From NCBI GenBank assembly GCA_028534125.1, contig CM052816.1, positions 9,922,001-9,986,000 of the forward strand: a stretch of 64,000 nt of DNA, given 5' to 3'. Source of the DNA: Lama glama (lineage: Eukaryota). The notes beneath the pieces were generated by a model, which ran no database searches, was not told the origin of the DNA, and saw only the letters and a list, made by a program, of their open reading frames with translations. Made by a program: the position numbers and the translations under genes. Of this stretch, positions 39,200 to 53,199 are shown piece after piece; positions within the stretch are counted from its first letter, which is position 1, and the number at the start of each line of letters is the position of its first letter.

Positions 39200-39450
39200 T
39201 AATAATAATAACTCCTTATACTTAGTGAGGGTTTACAATGTGCCAGGCTCTGTGCTAGTAACATGACATTGATGATCTAATCTAATCCTTTCAACCACTC
39301 TGTTATTAATATTATTATCATTTCATTCTACAAGTGTGGAAATTAAGGTACAAAAAGATTATGTTGCTTTCCACAGGTCACTCAAGCTGGTTAAGAAATA
39401 AAGCTCAAATTCAAACAAGGCAGTCTTAGACTCCAGTGCCAACGCTATTG
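39200..39450 (-). mobile_element. MIR SINE
   Basis: 'tgtgccaggctctgtgcta...aatcctttcaaccactctg...attcaaacaaggcagtc'. Confidence 0.8.
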
Positions 39451-40211
39451 AATGTGCCAGCATCTTGACAAGGGGTTATCAAGATGGACCCATTCCCGAG
39501 AACTCCGGACCAGGCTGCTTTTACTAGTCATTGAAAATCCACTACACTTTAGCCTTTGAATCTCTTTCCTGATCATTGTCTCCATCTGAAATTTGATTTT
39601 TATGAACTATTAAATAGTTCTTTAATTCAGATTCTAGCTTGAGGACACCCTTCCTCATGAAACTCTTCTCTGTTAGTTTCTTATCACTGGCTGCCTTGTG
39701 TTGTAGTTACTTGTAGTTATGACAGAAAGCATAGTTCTCTCCTCTGTTTCTTCCAATGTCAAGGACTGTCATTATTCCAAAGTCTTCCAGTGTCAAGAAC
39801 AAGCAGTCATTTAATAATTATTTGTGGGACAGGTAAAATGAAGAACAGAAAGAGAAAGGGCATTCACCAGACACCAATTTATTTAGTTAAATCAGACTAT
39901 AAATATTAACAAGATTTTAAAAGTGAGGTGTGCTAGGACCATAAACACCAAAAGCCGTACAACTGTTCTAGCCATTTTGACTCAATGATCCAGAAATTTC
40001 CCTTCTCCATGGGTCTCTCTCTTTGATATCTGCCACTATTTCTATGCCCATAATCAGGTAGACCCTGATCATTCCCCCATTAATGATTGTGTTTCCACTT
40101 GGACCAAAAAATTTTCTTTGATCACCTTGGTATGAAAAACACAGAGTAGCATATTTGACATGAACATCTTTATCAGCCATGCCAAATAGAATAATAAGAA
40201 TAATTTTAGGG

Positions 40212-40374
40212 CACAGGGAAATATATACAAGATCTTGTGGTACCTCACAGCGAAAAAAAATGTGACAATGAATATATGTATGTTTATGTATAGCTGAAAA
40301 ATTGTGCTCTACACTGGAATTTGACACAACATTGTAAAATGACTATTACTCAATAAAAAATGTTTAAAAAAAAG
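40212..40374 (+). mobile_element. Young L1 3' stub (~160 bp) with 10-bp TSD
   Basis: Closely similar to 41715-41870; TSD aattttaggg at 40202-40211 and 40375-40384. Confidence 0.9.
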
Positions 40375-41149
40375 AATTTTAGGGAATAACAGATTTCAAA
40401 AGGAGAAGATTCTGCTTAAAAGTAGCCAAAAAATTTATCACTTTGCTAAACACTTTATGTAAATTACTTTATCTCAGTGAGAAATGTGTTATTTTTATTT
40501 CCAGTTTATACTTTACAAAGAGCTTAAGTAATCTGCCCAACCACACATGGTTAGTGATAGAACTATAATTTGAACCCAACTTTGCCTGGTGTTAAAGTCA
40601 CATCTGTTAACCACTGTGTGTTACTAAGTATCCCAACTCCTTAATTCTAAGGACAGTCCCGCCAGCTATCCCAGCTATGTGCGTGTGTCATGTCTTCTCT
40701 TCCCTCTTCAGTGGGGCCAGAACCACTGCCTTCCGTTCTTTTCTCCCTATTCATCTTGCTTAATTTCCTGAAAGATTTTGGAAGAGCCTAGAGACAAAAT
40801 TTTATTCCTTTGTTTTTCTCATTTGTAATTCCCAGAACCCATAAACTTCTCCCATTTCTGTAAGAAGCTACAGAGAAAAGGAATAGAGAGTTAAATATTG
40901 ACCCTGATTCTGGAAACTTCCTCCGTAAACCAGGAATAATGTTCCTTCCTCATACAAGTGATCATCTCTGCTCACCTGTCCCATTCCAGGGACTGTCACT
41001 CAGGCAAGAGTCTCCATCCTTCCATTCATATGCATGGGGTGGGCTTCATTATTAATAACAACAGAATGACAATTAGCATTTATTAGAGTCTTCTATTTTT
41101 CTCAGCACGTGCTAATTGTTTCATATTCTTTACCCTGTTAAATTCTAAC

Positions 41150-41870
41150 AACCCTCCTACACTGCTGGTGGGAATGTAGTTTGGTGCAGCCACTGTGGAA
41201 AACAGTATGGAGATTCCTCAAAAGACTAGGAATAGACTTACCATATGACCCAGGAATCCCACTCCTGGGCATATATCCAGAAGGAACCCTACTCCAAAAT
41301 GATACCTTCCCCCCAATGTTCATAGCAGCACTATTTACGATAGCCAAGACATGGAAACAGCCTAAATGTCCATCAACAGATGACTGGATAAAGAAGAAGT
41401 AGTATATTTACACAATGGAATACTATTCAGCCATAAAAACTGACAACATAATGCCATTTGCAGCAACATGGATGCTCCTGGAGAATGTCATTCTAAGTGA
41501 AGTAAGCCAGAAAGAGAAAGAAAAATACCATATGAGATCGCTCATATGTGGAATCTAAAAACAAACAAACAAACAAAGCATGCATAAATACAAAACAGAA
41601 ACAGACTCATAGGCATAGAATACAAACTTGTGGTTGCCAAGGGGGCGGGGAGTGGGAAGAGACAGACTGGGATTTCAAAATGTGAAACAGATAAACAAGA
41701 TTATACTGTATAGCACAGGGAAATATATACAAGATCTTAAGGTAGCTCACAGAGAAAAAAATGTGACAATAAATATATATATGTTCATGTCTAAATGAAA
41801 AACTGTGCTCTACACTGGAATTTGACACAACATTGTAAAATTATTATAAATCAATAAAAAATGTTAAAAA
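41150..41870 (+). mobile_element. Young 5'-truncated L1 inserted in a MIR
   Basis: ORF 41181..41402 '[32 protein letters not shown]...[27 protein letters not shown]' is the ORF2p C-terminus; MIR halves on both sides (41070-41149, 41871-42030). Confidence 0.95.
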
Positions 41871-44044
41871 GAATCTCACATCCACACTCTGAAGTAGATA
41901 TTACTACCACCATTTTGCAAATGATAAAACTAAGGCTTAGAAAAACTGAGTAATTTTGTTACCAAGCCTGTAAGCTGGGGTTTGAACACTGGTCTTTCTG
42001 ACTCCAAAGCCCTTGCTCTGAACCCTTGACCCATATTACATCTGATCCCATCCCATCAAAATATAGTTTTTGACTGAGCATAAATATAGCACTGATATAG
42101 TTCAAACAAGTACAAACATGCACACACATAAAATCATCATATTTATACATTATGCAATTCCACACCTACAGGTATTTTCTCACAGTGTCTTTCAAGTTGC
42201 ACTTAGCTGTGTTGTGACCAAGTAAGTCATATGAATTCCACAAATACTACTGATAGTCTGATGCAATTCAGTGGAAGTCTATTATAACCAAACTGTGTGT
42301 AGCTGTTTATAGTTTACAAACACTGTATCTAGTTCTCACTTGATGTTCAGATCAATCACATGATGTACAATCATCTCATCTTGCAGAAGGGGGTACAGCC
42401 TCCGATAATTAGACAACAACCTAAAATCAGAAACTAGCAGAGGGAAGAGTGGGGACTTGAACCTCAGCTGAAATTCCAAAGCCTAAGCTCTTTGCATCAC
42501 TTCCCACTGCCTTTCTTCATGTGCTTCATGGATTATTTCCTCATCCTAAACTATTCTCTTCACTCTGTAGTGACTGATATTGATCAGCTTCTGGAGTCAA
42601 AGATTTCCCCAAACGGAAATCTCCAACCAAATGTATTACACAAGAGTTCTTTCACCTAGGTGGTGTCCTTATTTCTTCCTCTAAATCTTCTACTTCCCAG
42701 TGAAATGCCTGGATACAGTCCAAAGTGAAATGGGCCAAATGCCTCCATGCCCTCTAATGCTGAGTCAGCTAATGTGGGGTCTGTGTGACTGAAGACAGTC
42801 AGCCCCAGAGCCAGGCCTCCTTCTCTCCTCGGTAGCCCCAGGGCTGAGAACCCAACAAGCCAGCACTTTGTCTGGGATGGCTTTCGGCTTCTATAGTGCA
42901 GCACTTCTATTTGTGACCTCCATCTTCCAAGTGGATGAGATGGAAAGATAAAAGGCCTTTCCCAACTGAAACCCTAGTTATTCGATGCTTGTATGTTTTC
43001 TGTGACACTCTGTAAAATTCCAAGATAGGACTGCTTGTGAATTAATGTTAACTCCTACAAACTACTATCTATAACCCACAGAAAAACCTAGGATCCCAAA
43101 TCAGCTAAGAAAATTCACTTGCAGGATATATAAACAATTCCACAGCATGGCACTGCCAAGCCTGGTAAGTAAGCTGGATAGCATGACCTAGTCTGTACGC
43201 CCCACAGGTGGGAAGCCACCGTTCTGGCCAGCCAGCGCTGCTGCAACAGCCTCCATGCTAGGCTCTGTGGACCATCTCGTACGCTTACAGTCTAACTGCC
43301 AAAGATCAGCCACGGTGATATTTGAGAACATAAATTATAGCGTGTCACTCCCCTTCTTAGCACCATCCTACAGCTTCTCCTAAATCTCAGAATAAAATCC
43401 AACGTCCTTATAATGCTGGTTTCTTAGATTTTATTCAGAGAACATTCTCAGAGGGACTCAGCAAATTCAAGAAAATCTTCAGTCTATGACAACCCAGCAA
43501 AGGAATATTTTCCCCATAAAAATGTTTAATTCACAAGGAAAACCTGAGAGCAGCAAGAAAGATATTTACAATTTAAAAAATGATACACTGGGAGATAACC
43601 ACCTAAAGAAAAAAATATGCTTCTTATGGGATATGAAGAAAAGCATTCAGAGTCTATGCTGTAGTTAGGTTTTTCCCAAAAAGCAGGAGTATTTGGCTTG
43701 AAATCAAGCAATGGAGCTTTACTCAGTTTTTATCTAAAAAAAAAAAAAAACTTTTAAAGATTCTTGGGATTATGGCATGTGCAACTGAAGTAGCAACTAA
43801 AAATAAGCAGTTCTAAGCTCTTTGATCCATGGATGAGGAAAGTAATTTCCAAAGAGGAATGAGTTGCCTAGGGTCTCAAGTAAGTTGTTACTGGAGCCAG
43901 GACCACAACTCATGACTCCATGCTCTGCCTCAGTGCTTTCAAATGATGGGTTATAAAAAATCAATTTCTTTTTCTTTCTTTTCTTTTTTCTTGTTTGTTT
44001 TCTATTCATCACAAACCAATGGTTTAAATTAAGTAAAACATATA

Positions 44045-44127
44045 CAGCCGGCCCTCCATTCCTGTGGGGAATTGGTTCCAGGACACCCCGTGAGTTCCAA
44101 AATCCACAGATAGTCAAGTCCCTTACC
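44045..44127 (+). mobile_element. MER2/MER8-like Tigger terminal fragment
   Basis: TA + 'cagccggccctccattcctgtggggaattggttccaggacacccc...aaaatccacagatagtcaagtccctta'. Confidence 0.8.
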
Positions 44128-45469
44128 ACACATATGCCAAACTGAGTCTACATTTCTCTACTTTCATATTTAACACACACAGAGGTACTCTGTAAGACTG
44201 ATACACAGCTGTTTAAATGCTTGTTCTGCATCCTGCAATTATCACATGCAGACCAGTACCAATTTGAGGACCAGCACCCGTCTGCAGACTGCACTTTGAA
44301 TAGCAGTGCTCTACATGTCGTGCCTATCCAATCACGCTTCCAGGTTCACAAGACCTCTCTGTTGCAAGTTGGCACTTGACTTGCAGAAACCCTTACAAAG
44401 CAGGCTGTCACCACCCTCAAATGCAATCTCTTATTCCTTAGAAATTAACCTCATCGTGAGCTCACTTCCTCTGAGGAGTCCAGAGAAATGGATCCTGGAC
44501 CCCGAAGTGTGCATATCCATAGGTCCCTCAGGTTGAGAATTCTGATCAACTTGAAAAACAGTCAGAATGACCAATGTTAAAGGATATGCCGAGAATGTCT
44601 TCAGATATTTATTTCCCACAAGAAGAACACAGAAGAACATAGAGCCATTTTTCCAAAACTGCCCTGTAGCATCCTCCCATTCCTACCAACCTTTCTCAAC
44701 CTGTTTTGCTTCATTTTTTTCCCCACCTATCCATTCAGTATTCAACATATTATATTTGTTTTCCTATATCCTCCAATAATAGCAATATGCATAAGTAAAT
44801 TCATCAGTTACTATCCTAAGTGATTTATGCACATTCATCATTTAATCCTTGTAATATCCCTGTGAAGTAAAACTATTACTAGCCTCATTGCAGAGATGGG
44901 GCACTAGAGAAAAAGTGGTTGTGTTGAATTTTGAACTTGGTGAGATTGAAACACTTGAGAGATACTCATGCACGGATATCCAGGAAGCTGCTGTACATGA
45001 TCCTGGAACTCAGGAGAAAAATGATATTTGAATTAGATATTAGAATCCTCAGTCTGTGGATGCAAGCTGGGGAAGCAGAAGTAGAGATGTCTTAGGATCA
45101 TTTGCAGAGTTAAAAAAAAAAAAAAGGAGGGGTGCAGAGTTCTAAATAACACCAAACACACCGTGATCTGTCACTAACAGCTTCATGTAAGCACAGTTAC
45201 TGGATCCTCTGTCACTGAACTGTTACTGAGAGCATCTTCCTATAAGAAGAAAAAGGGGCCCAGATTCCACAATCTCTTGCCTTCAAAAAGGGCAGACACA
45301 AACTATATTAGAACATGATGCCAATGACTAGGAAGGGGAGGGTACTGGAAACTGTGCTTGACAGGGAGAGTTATCTGTGGGAACAATGAAGAATGGCATG
45401 GAAATCAACCCCCACAGGGCAAACACTCCATCCGTCTGCAACCTTCTGACGGGTTCCCATGGGAGGCAA

Positions 45470-45640
45470 TGAGGAGACTTGTTCTTTGTGGTTGAAAGAG
45501 ATGAAACTAGGACATGTGCTGAAAGCTACAGAGAAACAGATTCAGCTTGTTTAAAGAATGGTTTCTCATAGGCAGAGCTCTCAAGGTGGAACTGATTGCC
45601 TGTCATCAGGCACCGCTGGGAAAAGGCCAGGTTCCAGTTG
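45470..45640 (+). mobile_element. CR1/L3 LINE 3' fragment
   Basis: 'gacttgttctttgtggtt...aactaggacatgtgctgaaagctacagagaaacagattcagctt' resembles the L3 3' region. Confidence 0.6.
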
Positions 45641-47799
45641 AGAGTTAGACAGGATGGTTCCTCTATGTACCCATGAGAAACCCTCACAGCCTTTCCCACG
45701 GCTGAGGAAGGATGTGAGGACAGAACAGACATTTTTCTGGTTGGGCAAGAACGCTGGGACAATAGCTGTGTGATTCTCAGATAGCTCTCCTTCCTGACAG
45801 TGACGTGGGTGCTGAAAAGGCCAACAGAGGTGCTCACAGAGCAATGGCTCTTTGAGTCCTGATGAGCAATAACTTAAGTGTCCTCGTAAGATGTAGGAGG
45901 AAAACTCTAGCTCCAAGTCTCCCTTGCATCCTGGAATTCCCCAAAAGAGCAGAATCACAAAGCTTCCCGCTGGAATGACCTCAGAGTTCTAGCTGAGCTC
46001 CCATCCACAGAGGAATCTCTTTTGCAACATCCCTAACAGACGCCCGCCTCGCCTTGCTGACACACCTTCCATGCTGAGGAGCTTGGTGCGTCACAAGGCA
46101 CCTTTCTGTGGTTCAAGAGTTCCCATTGTTATTGATAAAGATAAAAACAATAGCTAACACTTACTGAGTTCTCACTATGGGCCAAACTATGCTGAATACT
46201 TTCCATGTACTGAACCATCAATCCTTGCCACGACCTTATTAAGCAGATGAGGAAATTAATCATCATCATGTTAAGAATATGTCCAAGGTCATACAAAGTG
46301 ACAGAGCTAGCTTCAAAGGGTATGATTTTCACAAACTTCACTCATCTATTGCTGCATTTGTAACGTATCTGAGAATCACCTTTAGTGTTATGCACTGAAA
46401 ATTTCTCTTTAAATGATTTTGTTTCATTAAAAAAAACCTTAAATATCTACTTTAATTGCTTCTCATATATCTGAAATCAAACATTCGTCTACTAGTTATA
46501 TATTTTTCCATAGTATATATTAAAATAAATTTGTAACTAATAAAATTTTTCAAAATGCTCAACCATGTCCTAAATTTAAAAATCTTTCTTAGCATCATTT
46601 TGTATGCACCATATTTTGGTAAGCATTGCTCTAGGATATGCTACTTCTCATTTTTTAAATGTGTATTTCTGAATAAAAAACTTGATTTTTGCCAAGTATT
46701 TTTTTTACCGTTGGTTTGACTATGCCCTATGAGCTTGCAGAGAAAAAGCCTTAGCAATCTTGTCTTTAAGACTGGATTTTAAGTGTCTCGGATGATTATG
46801 TCTTCCTGAAGGCTTCTCCAGGTTGGTCCCTTCCTGTCCCTCCAACTCTTGGACGGGGTTCCTCGAGACCCTCATAAGCTGGTCACTCTGGCTTGGAACT
46901 CCCAGTTTCATAAACCAGACACAGCTGTTTATATAAGGGCACATACAACCCTAGTTGTAGAGCCCAGAGTCCTTATACGTTTATTCAGAAGCTGTTTCTA
47001 TGCTCAGGATCAGATCCATCTACTGCCAGGGACGGAATACATAGCTTGACGGAGAGAGCACAGTCCCAGTCCAGAAGACATGAACTGTTTCACAGCTCTG
47101 CCCACCCCTTAGCTATCACTTGACCTACAGGAGCCTGAGTTTACTCAACTGAAAGATGAATAATATACTAATTCTTGTCTTGCCAGCCTCTCAGGATGGC
47201 TGTGAAGAAAAAATGAGACAACTGATCTGTAGATTTTGTAAACTATGAGGAGCTACAGACACCAGTTATCGTTAAAGCCGACCTCATGGCCTAAATACAC
47301 CATAACTTACACCAGGGCACCTTATGGCTCTTCTAGAAAACATCAAGTTAGAGAAAGTGGTGTGTGGACAAGACTGGATACTCAAGTAATTCACCACACG
47401 AGGGGCTGCTGTGTTCCCATCATTGTTCTAGGCCTGGGATATAGTACTGAATATAAGGGACAAGTAGGGTTGCTATTCAACCAGTACAAATTAATGGTCA
47501 TACTGATGGCTAAAATATTGAAATATTTTCATAGTAATGGGTACATAGCATTTTCCTGAGGTCCCCTAGTTCACATGCACTGCCTGTCTACTCCAGCCCT
47601 CCCACTGGACTCCTAGAGCTCCCCACACGGGAGCAACTTAAAGGTTTGAGGGTATGTGGCGGGGTCTCCTGGACTCTTTCCAGGACTTGGGCCAGTGTCA
47701 TTTTGATCGATTAGTGCCATGTGATACTGGAATGTCACTAAATATTTGGAATATTTGGGAGAACAGGTTCCATTCTATGGAGAAGATACAAAGTAAACA

Positions 47800-48175
47800 A
47801 GTGAAGGAAACAATGCAGAATGCAGTTGCAGATTAGAGCTATAAAGGATGGGGATGGTAATGAGGGTGGAGCAGGGGTTGGCTCTTAGATAGCAGGCAAG
47901 GCCTCCTTGAGGAAGTGAGATTTGAGTTGTGACAGGAATAGGGGGAAAGGGATGAGATCCAGGGGAAGAGCACTGCAGGCAGGGGGAAGAGCACTGCAGG
48001 CAGGGGGAAGAGTAGGAGCGAAAGCCCCAGGGCAGGAATGGCTTTGGTGTGTAGGAAGAGCACAGAGGAGGTCCAGGAGACCAGGTCGTGATGCAGGCTG
48101 CCCAAGGCAGGCCAGGGCCGGAGCATGGGAGTGCTGGCAGCCTTCCCCAGCGAGACTGGGTTTCATCCTGGCTAC
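47800..48175 (-). mobile_element. L2 fragment containing a 21-bp tandem duplication
   Basis: 'ggcctccttgaggaagtgagatttgagt...gcgaaagccccagggcaggaatggctttggtgtgt' is reverse L2; ggggaagagcactgcaggcag repeated ~2.4 times at 47962-48012. Confidence 0.75.
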
Positions 48176-49609
48176 GAGGAGGAGTCATCAGAATGAAGTA
48201 CACTGAAATTCGGTTATCATATTTACCAAATGCCTTCTTCTGAGAAATTCAAGTCACACTCCCTGTCCTACTGTCTCTCTACTACAACTGGAAAACCTGA
48301 GGCTAATAAACGTTCTGCTAGATGTCCATGTGGTGGATGATACCAACCCCTTCACCAGCCTCCAGTGACCCATCTAGGAGGGAATTCGGAGCCCTGGAAT
48401 CCCTGTTTTGTGAGGCTGGAATCACAGGAAATGACCAACCTGGAGGAACCCTAATGGGAATATAGTCAATCTTCTCAGACACTTAAAAACCAGCCTTGGA
48501 GACAAAGTTGTCAAAACGCTTTCCCTTACATGGTCTGATCTACACAACAATCAGGTCAAGTGGTCCAAGCTGAAGCTATCATTTCTTACATTTTATAAGT
48601 AAGAAGTAGCAGATTCTGCAGAGAAAATTACCTTTGTGCTCTACAGAGCCATTGGCAAGGGTCATTTCACCCATCTCGCTTACTGAGAAAGCAATTTAAA
48701 CAACTTGCCTGATTTTACATACAATTGTCACCACAACAATAGAGATGCCCTGATTCATTATGATACTCCACTACCTCCTTGTGACATTTGGGCAACAGGA
48801 GAATTTCGTAACTTTTGTGCTCATCAGCTGAGGGATGACCCAGCCAGTACTCTACGTACGACTCCGCTCACACATGTGATGACTATCTGGTCAGGCATTC
48901 AGACAATCTGCACGCTTTATCTAGTGTGGAGTGGGAATACATGCATTCAGCTTGGCATACACACGCTTCATTTAATTTTCACTCCATATTTTAGAGATGG
49001 CTAAAACTTGCCCAGAAAATTATCTGTGACTGAACATCATCTAGCCCCCCAAAATCTAAGCTTTCTATTTATGAACCAGATGTAAGAGAATGATGTGATG
49101 TAAGAGAAAGACAAGTGGACTATGAAGAAATAAATGTTTCTTTCTTTCTTTTCCTAGAGACCCCTATCTAACTGTAGCTCTTAATCCATGGGTATCTCCA
49201 ACATACAGAATGATTGAGGTAACCATTTTCATGGTCATGATGCCACACTACTGAGGCATCTCATACTGGAACATGAGGGAAAGCTTTCGCCCACAGGATG
49301 GGACGCAACAGCAAGGAGGCCTTTCTCACACGTTTGCAATGAGGTTTCTCTCTGGTTCCTCCTCCAGGCTTTGTAGTTCCAACTTCATCTCTACTCAGTT
49401 CTTTCCCTCTAACTTTACCCCATCCCCTGCCCCCTTCATCCATTCCCTCTACTTACTTCAAGATTTTCTCTCGCTCCCATTAGTCTACAGTGTTCTTTGA
49501 GGACAGGGACCATGTCTCCTTCTTCTTTACCTACTTCCATAGTACCAAATATGGTATTTTTCATAAGGACTCAGCACATCTTTATTAAATAAAACACCAT
49601 GTAACAATG

Positions 49610-49860
49610 ACTACCATTTATGGAGCCACACGTGCCAGGCATGACACTACGTGCTTCACCTATTTTATATTATTTAATCCTTAAAGCAATCCAGTGATGT
49701 AGGCGTCTTCAGTCCCGTTTTACAGAGGAGCAGATAGAAGCCCCGGGAAGTTACAGAACTTGCCCAAGGTCACATGATTAGTAAGCAGCAGGATTGGGAC
49801 TCAATCCATATTTTTTCTGATGCAAACGCAGAGTAACTTGCATACTAATCTAGGCTGCCT
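49610..49860 (-). mobile_element. MIR SINE
   Basis: 'gtgccaggcatgacactacgtgcttc...cccgttttacagaggag...aacttgcccaaggtcacatgattagtaag'. Confidence 0.85.
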
Positions 49861-51334
49861 CTCTGCACTGACTATCTTACTATAAAATTGGAAGAGTAGA
49901 GCTGGAATGATGAGACAGAGTTAGACAAGCATCCACTTGCATTAAGGAAGCTGGACCAGTTGAACTGCCAGCAGAGTCCACATTCTTGCTGTGTGCCTGG
50001 GTATTAGAGGGTGGGCAGGTATCTGTGGGAAGAAACTCATTTCAGACCTTAAGCTAATTCCCAGCCCCTTTTAATACTAGACAAACAGACTGAAAAAGAG
50101 CTGCCCTGTGCTCAGGTGTCCGGCATGCTAATGCTATTCTCCTTGCTAGAAAAGCAGCCGTACGAGAGGTTTCCTCCAAGTCTTAGCCTGGTTTTGCAGA
50201 CAGAGCGCTGAGTCACAAAAAGTTGGCTGAAATCATAGAGAGGCAGGCCAGCAGCTTAAGAGAGGGTGGTGTGGAGCTCCGGTTATTCAGCCATTCCCAG
50301 GAGCTGGAGGGCAGGATGCTTTCAGTGAGAGAGGAAATTTAGGAAGAGTGGGAGGTGTTGGGGAAGGGGAAATACGCTGCTGCCAACCTGGGAATCCAAA
50401 GTCTTGATGTTATTGAAGAGCTATTGAAATGAATACGCTAAAGACAGCACAAATGGGTGTGGTTTAATAGAAAAAACACTAGCCTTGGACTTAGGAAACT
50501 GTATCTTTGAATTTCAGTGCTGGAACAAATCTTAAAAATCATGAAGATAAATAATATTTTGAAATGTTAATTAACATGCTTTTGTTTCCAGAATTTGCTT
50601 CAACCCTTGTTCCTCCCCACATTCAATCAGCTAAGCATTCTTCACCATTGCCTTAGAGAGGGACTGACAGAATAAAGCGGAGAAAGCAAAGAGAGTCTGT
50701 TGTTGGTTCTGAGTTTAGCAACACACATATTATGACTCAGCTACAGACATACGAGATTTTGAGAGAATTTATGATATGATGATGATGTAAATGATAAGAG
50801 AAAATTACCTTTAAGATGAAGAATGGATTCTCAAAGCTGGGAAGAAAAAGTTAAGAGACTTAAAGGATGGTTGGACAAAGAATCAGGAGATGTAGCCAGA
50901 GGGACCACGAGGACGGTACTGAGTCAACATCCAGGGAATGACCAATGTCCATCTGAGCCTGATCTTATGCAGTCAGGGCCCAGGGACAGAAGACACTGCC
51001 TTCAGACGTGAAGTATTAGATATTGCCGGTCTGAGGAGCTGTGATGAATTCCTCCCTTTGACAGAAGTCAGCATATAGCATACTGATCATCAAGCAGGAG
51101 TGATAGCCATTTACATCCTCACCCTTCAGCTTGTTCTGTTCCCATCCAGCATATCCTAGAATTGTCCAGTCTCCATCAGCTGCCTGGGATGTGCATATAC
51201 CAAATAAATGGACACTTAGAGGGATGGTGATGTGGAAGAAAAATCACCCAAAACCTGGCCTTCGGAGGGAATGAATGAAGTCATCTAGGGATTTCTCTGT
51301 GTGTCTGACAGTCCAAAAAGATAGGCTACCTTCT

Positions 51335-51685
51335 ATGATTTTCAGAATAATTGCCCTCAAAGATATGTATATTGTAATCCCTGGAATCTGTGAATACGTT
51401 GCTGTAGTTGGCGAAAGAGACTTTGCCGGTGTGATTAAGTTAAGAATCTTGAGGCGGAGTGATAACCCAGGAATACCCTGGAGGGTCCAACGTAATTATA
51501 AGGATCCTATAACAAGGAGGTAGAAGTGTCAGAGTCAGAAAGGAAGATGTGTCGACGGAAGCAGAAGTTGCAGCGGCGCAGGGCCATGAACCGAGGAATG
51601 CAGCCTCCAGAAACTGAAGAGGGCAAGTGAATGGATTCGCTCCTAGAGCCTCCAGAAGGAAGCAGCTTATTATTAACACACAATC
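51335..51685 (+). mobile_element. MaLR LTR (MLT1D-like), 3'-truncated
   Basis: 'cagaataattgccctcaaagat...aatccctggaatctgtgaatacgtt...gtgtgattaagttaag...cctagagcctccagaagga'. Confidence 0.85.
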
Positions 51686-53199
51686 TTGAACCATTCTCTA
51701 GATCTACTAAATCAGATTATCTGGATTTGGGCCCAGACTTACGCCCTTTTAAAAGCTCTCCTGGTCTATTCTATACAGCCAGCCTATACTAGCCCACGCT
51801 CAGCAGGTTGAAAAACAGTGGATTTAAACTGACAAATCAGTCTCTAAGACCGCTGTCATATACAGAAATGTTAATGTCCTTTACCACATAAACAGCAGGT
51901 GTTCATAACTGTTCAAGTTTCACAAGAACAATTAAAAAGGGATTATGATCTCATCATCTCTTGAATGATAACATCTTTCATTCACTGAACATAACCTAAG
52001 ACAATGTTCTAATATTTTTATGTATTATCTCAATTAATCTCACAGCAACCTTCTAAAATAATTATTAATTGTATAATTTACAATAACAGTAACAATAAAA
52101 AGTTCGAAAAAAGTTAACGATAACCAAATGGAAAGGGTAAAAGTATGGTTAACATGTAACTAGAACTGCTGTTTTCAAGGCAGCTGGGGTGAAGCAGATG
52201 AGACCTCAGACCAGTTCTGTTCATTCCTGCCAAGGTGCTGAGGTGAGACTTCCCTTCCACGTAATCACTCCTCCAACAGGTGTGCAGGAACCTCCTGTCA
52301 TCTCAGCAAGGCCTTGGTATATACCTGGTGAACAAAAGTTGCTTCCATACAGGCAAAGTTGGATGGAGCTGAGCAAAATCTGGATCCCAAACAGCTGTTA
52401 CTCTCATAGGACAATGACCAGCACTCTGCTCGTGTTTCAGTAGGAGGTCTTTACTGGATGTCATGAGGACTGCTGGATGGCACGGGTGATTTACAACACT
52501 GGTTCAAGCGTCTAATGTGATCCTGTGATGTGCATAAATGACCTGACTCCCATCTTGTGACAGATATAGTGTTTCTCTGCTGGTAGTTGATGGGTCTTAG
52601 TGCTAATTCCTCAGCTCTTCCCCTGATTCCCTTAGATATGTTGGGCCCCACTAGGGCCCAGCTAGGCTAGGCTCCACCAGCTTCCTCCCTCAATTTTGTC
52701 TTTCCTCCACGTCTTAACTTCTAGCCCATGAAATTTTCATTTGGTCTTAGGGGGCACTGCTGGATGACTCCTCTGTATTTCCAAAACTACTGTTTCAACA
52801 TGCACTTTATATTCTACTTTATTTCAGACATCTAGCCTTTGATTCTAAAAGCCAGACTGTGGGTACTCAAAATCCTTTTTCTCAAACTGTTCTCTCGGCC
52901 TTGAGTTTCAACATCCTGACAGTAAAAGCTGGCAGTGAATGCATGAGGTACAAGGGTATGTAGGAGAGGGGGAAAAAAACAGAGCTATATGAACAATATT
53001 GCAAACTATTATTCCTCTTCCTAACCACAATTTCCAGGGTCATGTGGGCAATAAGAGATGAAACCAGGAAGTATACATCTCTTTGATGGCAAAGTCTGTG
53101 TCACACCCAGTGCATCATCGGACATCTCTAACTAGTAAGCTCAAGTCTAAATCCCAGCACACTCTGCCCACAAGTCCTAGATCGGGGCTTACAGAACGG

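Noticed and set aside
47775..48206. Overlapping ORFs with repeated peptides
   Set aside because: Explained by an L2 fragment plus a 21-bp tandem duplication.
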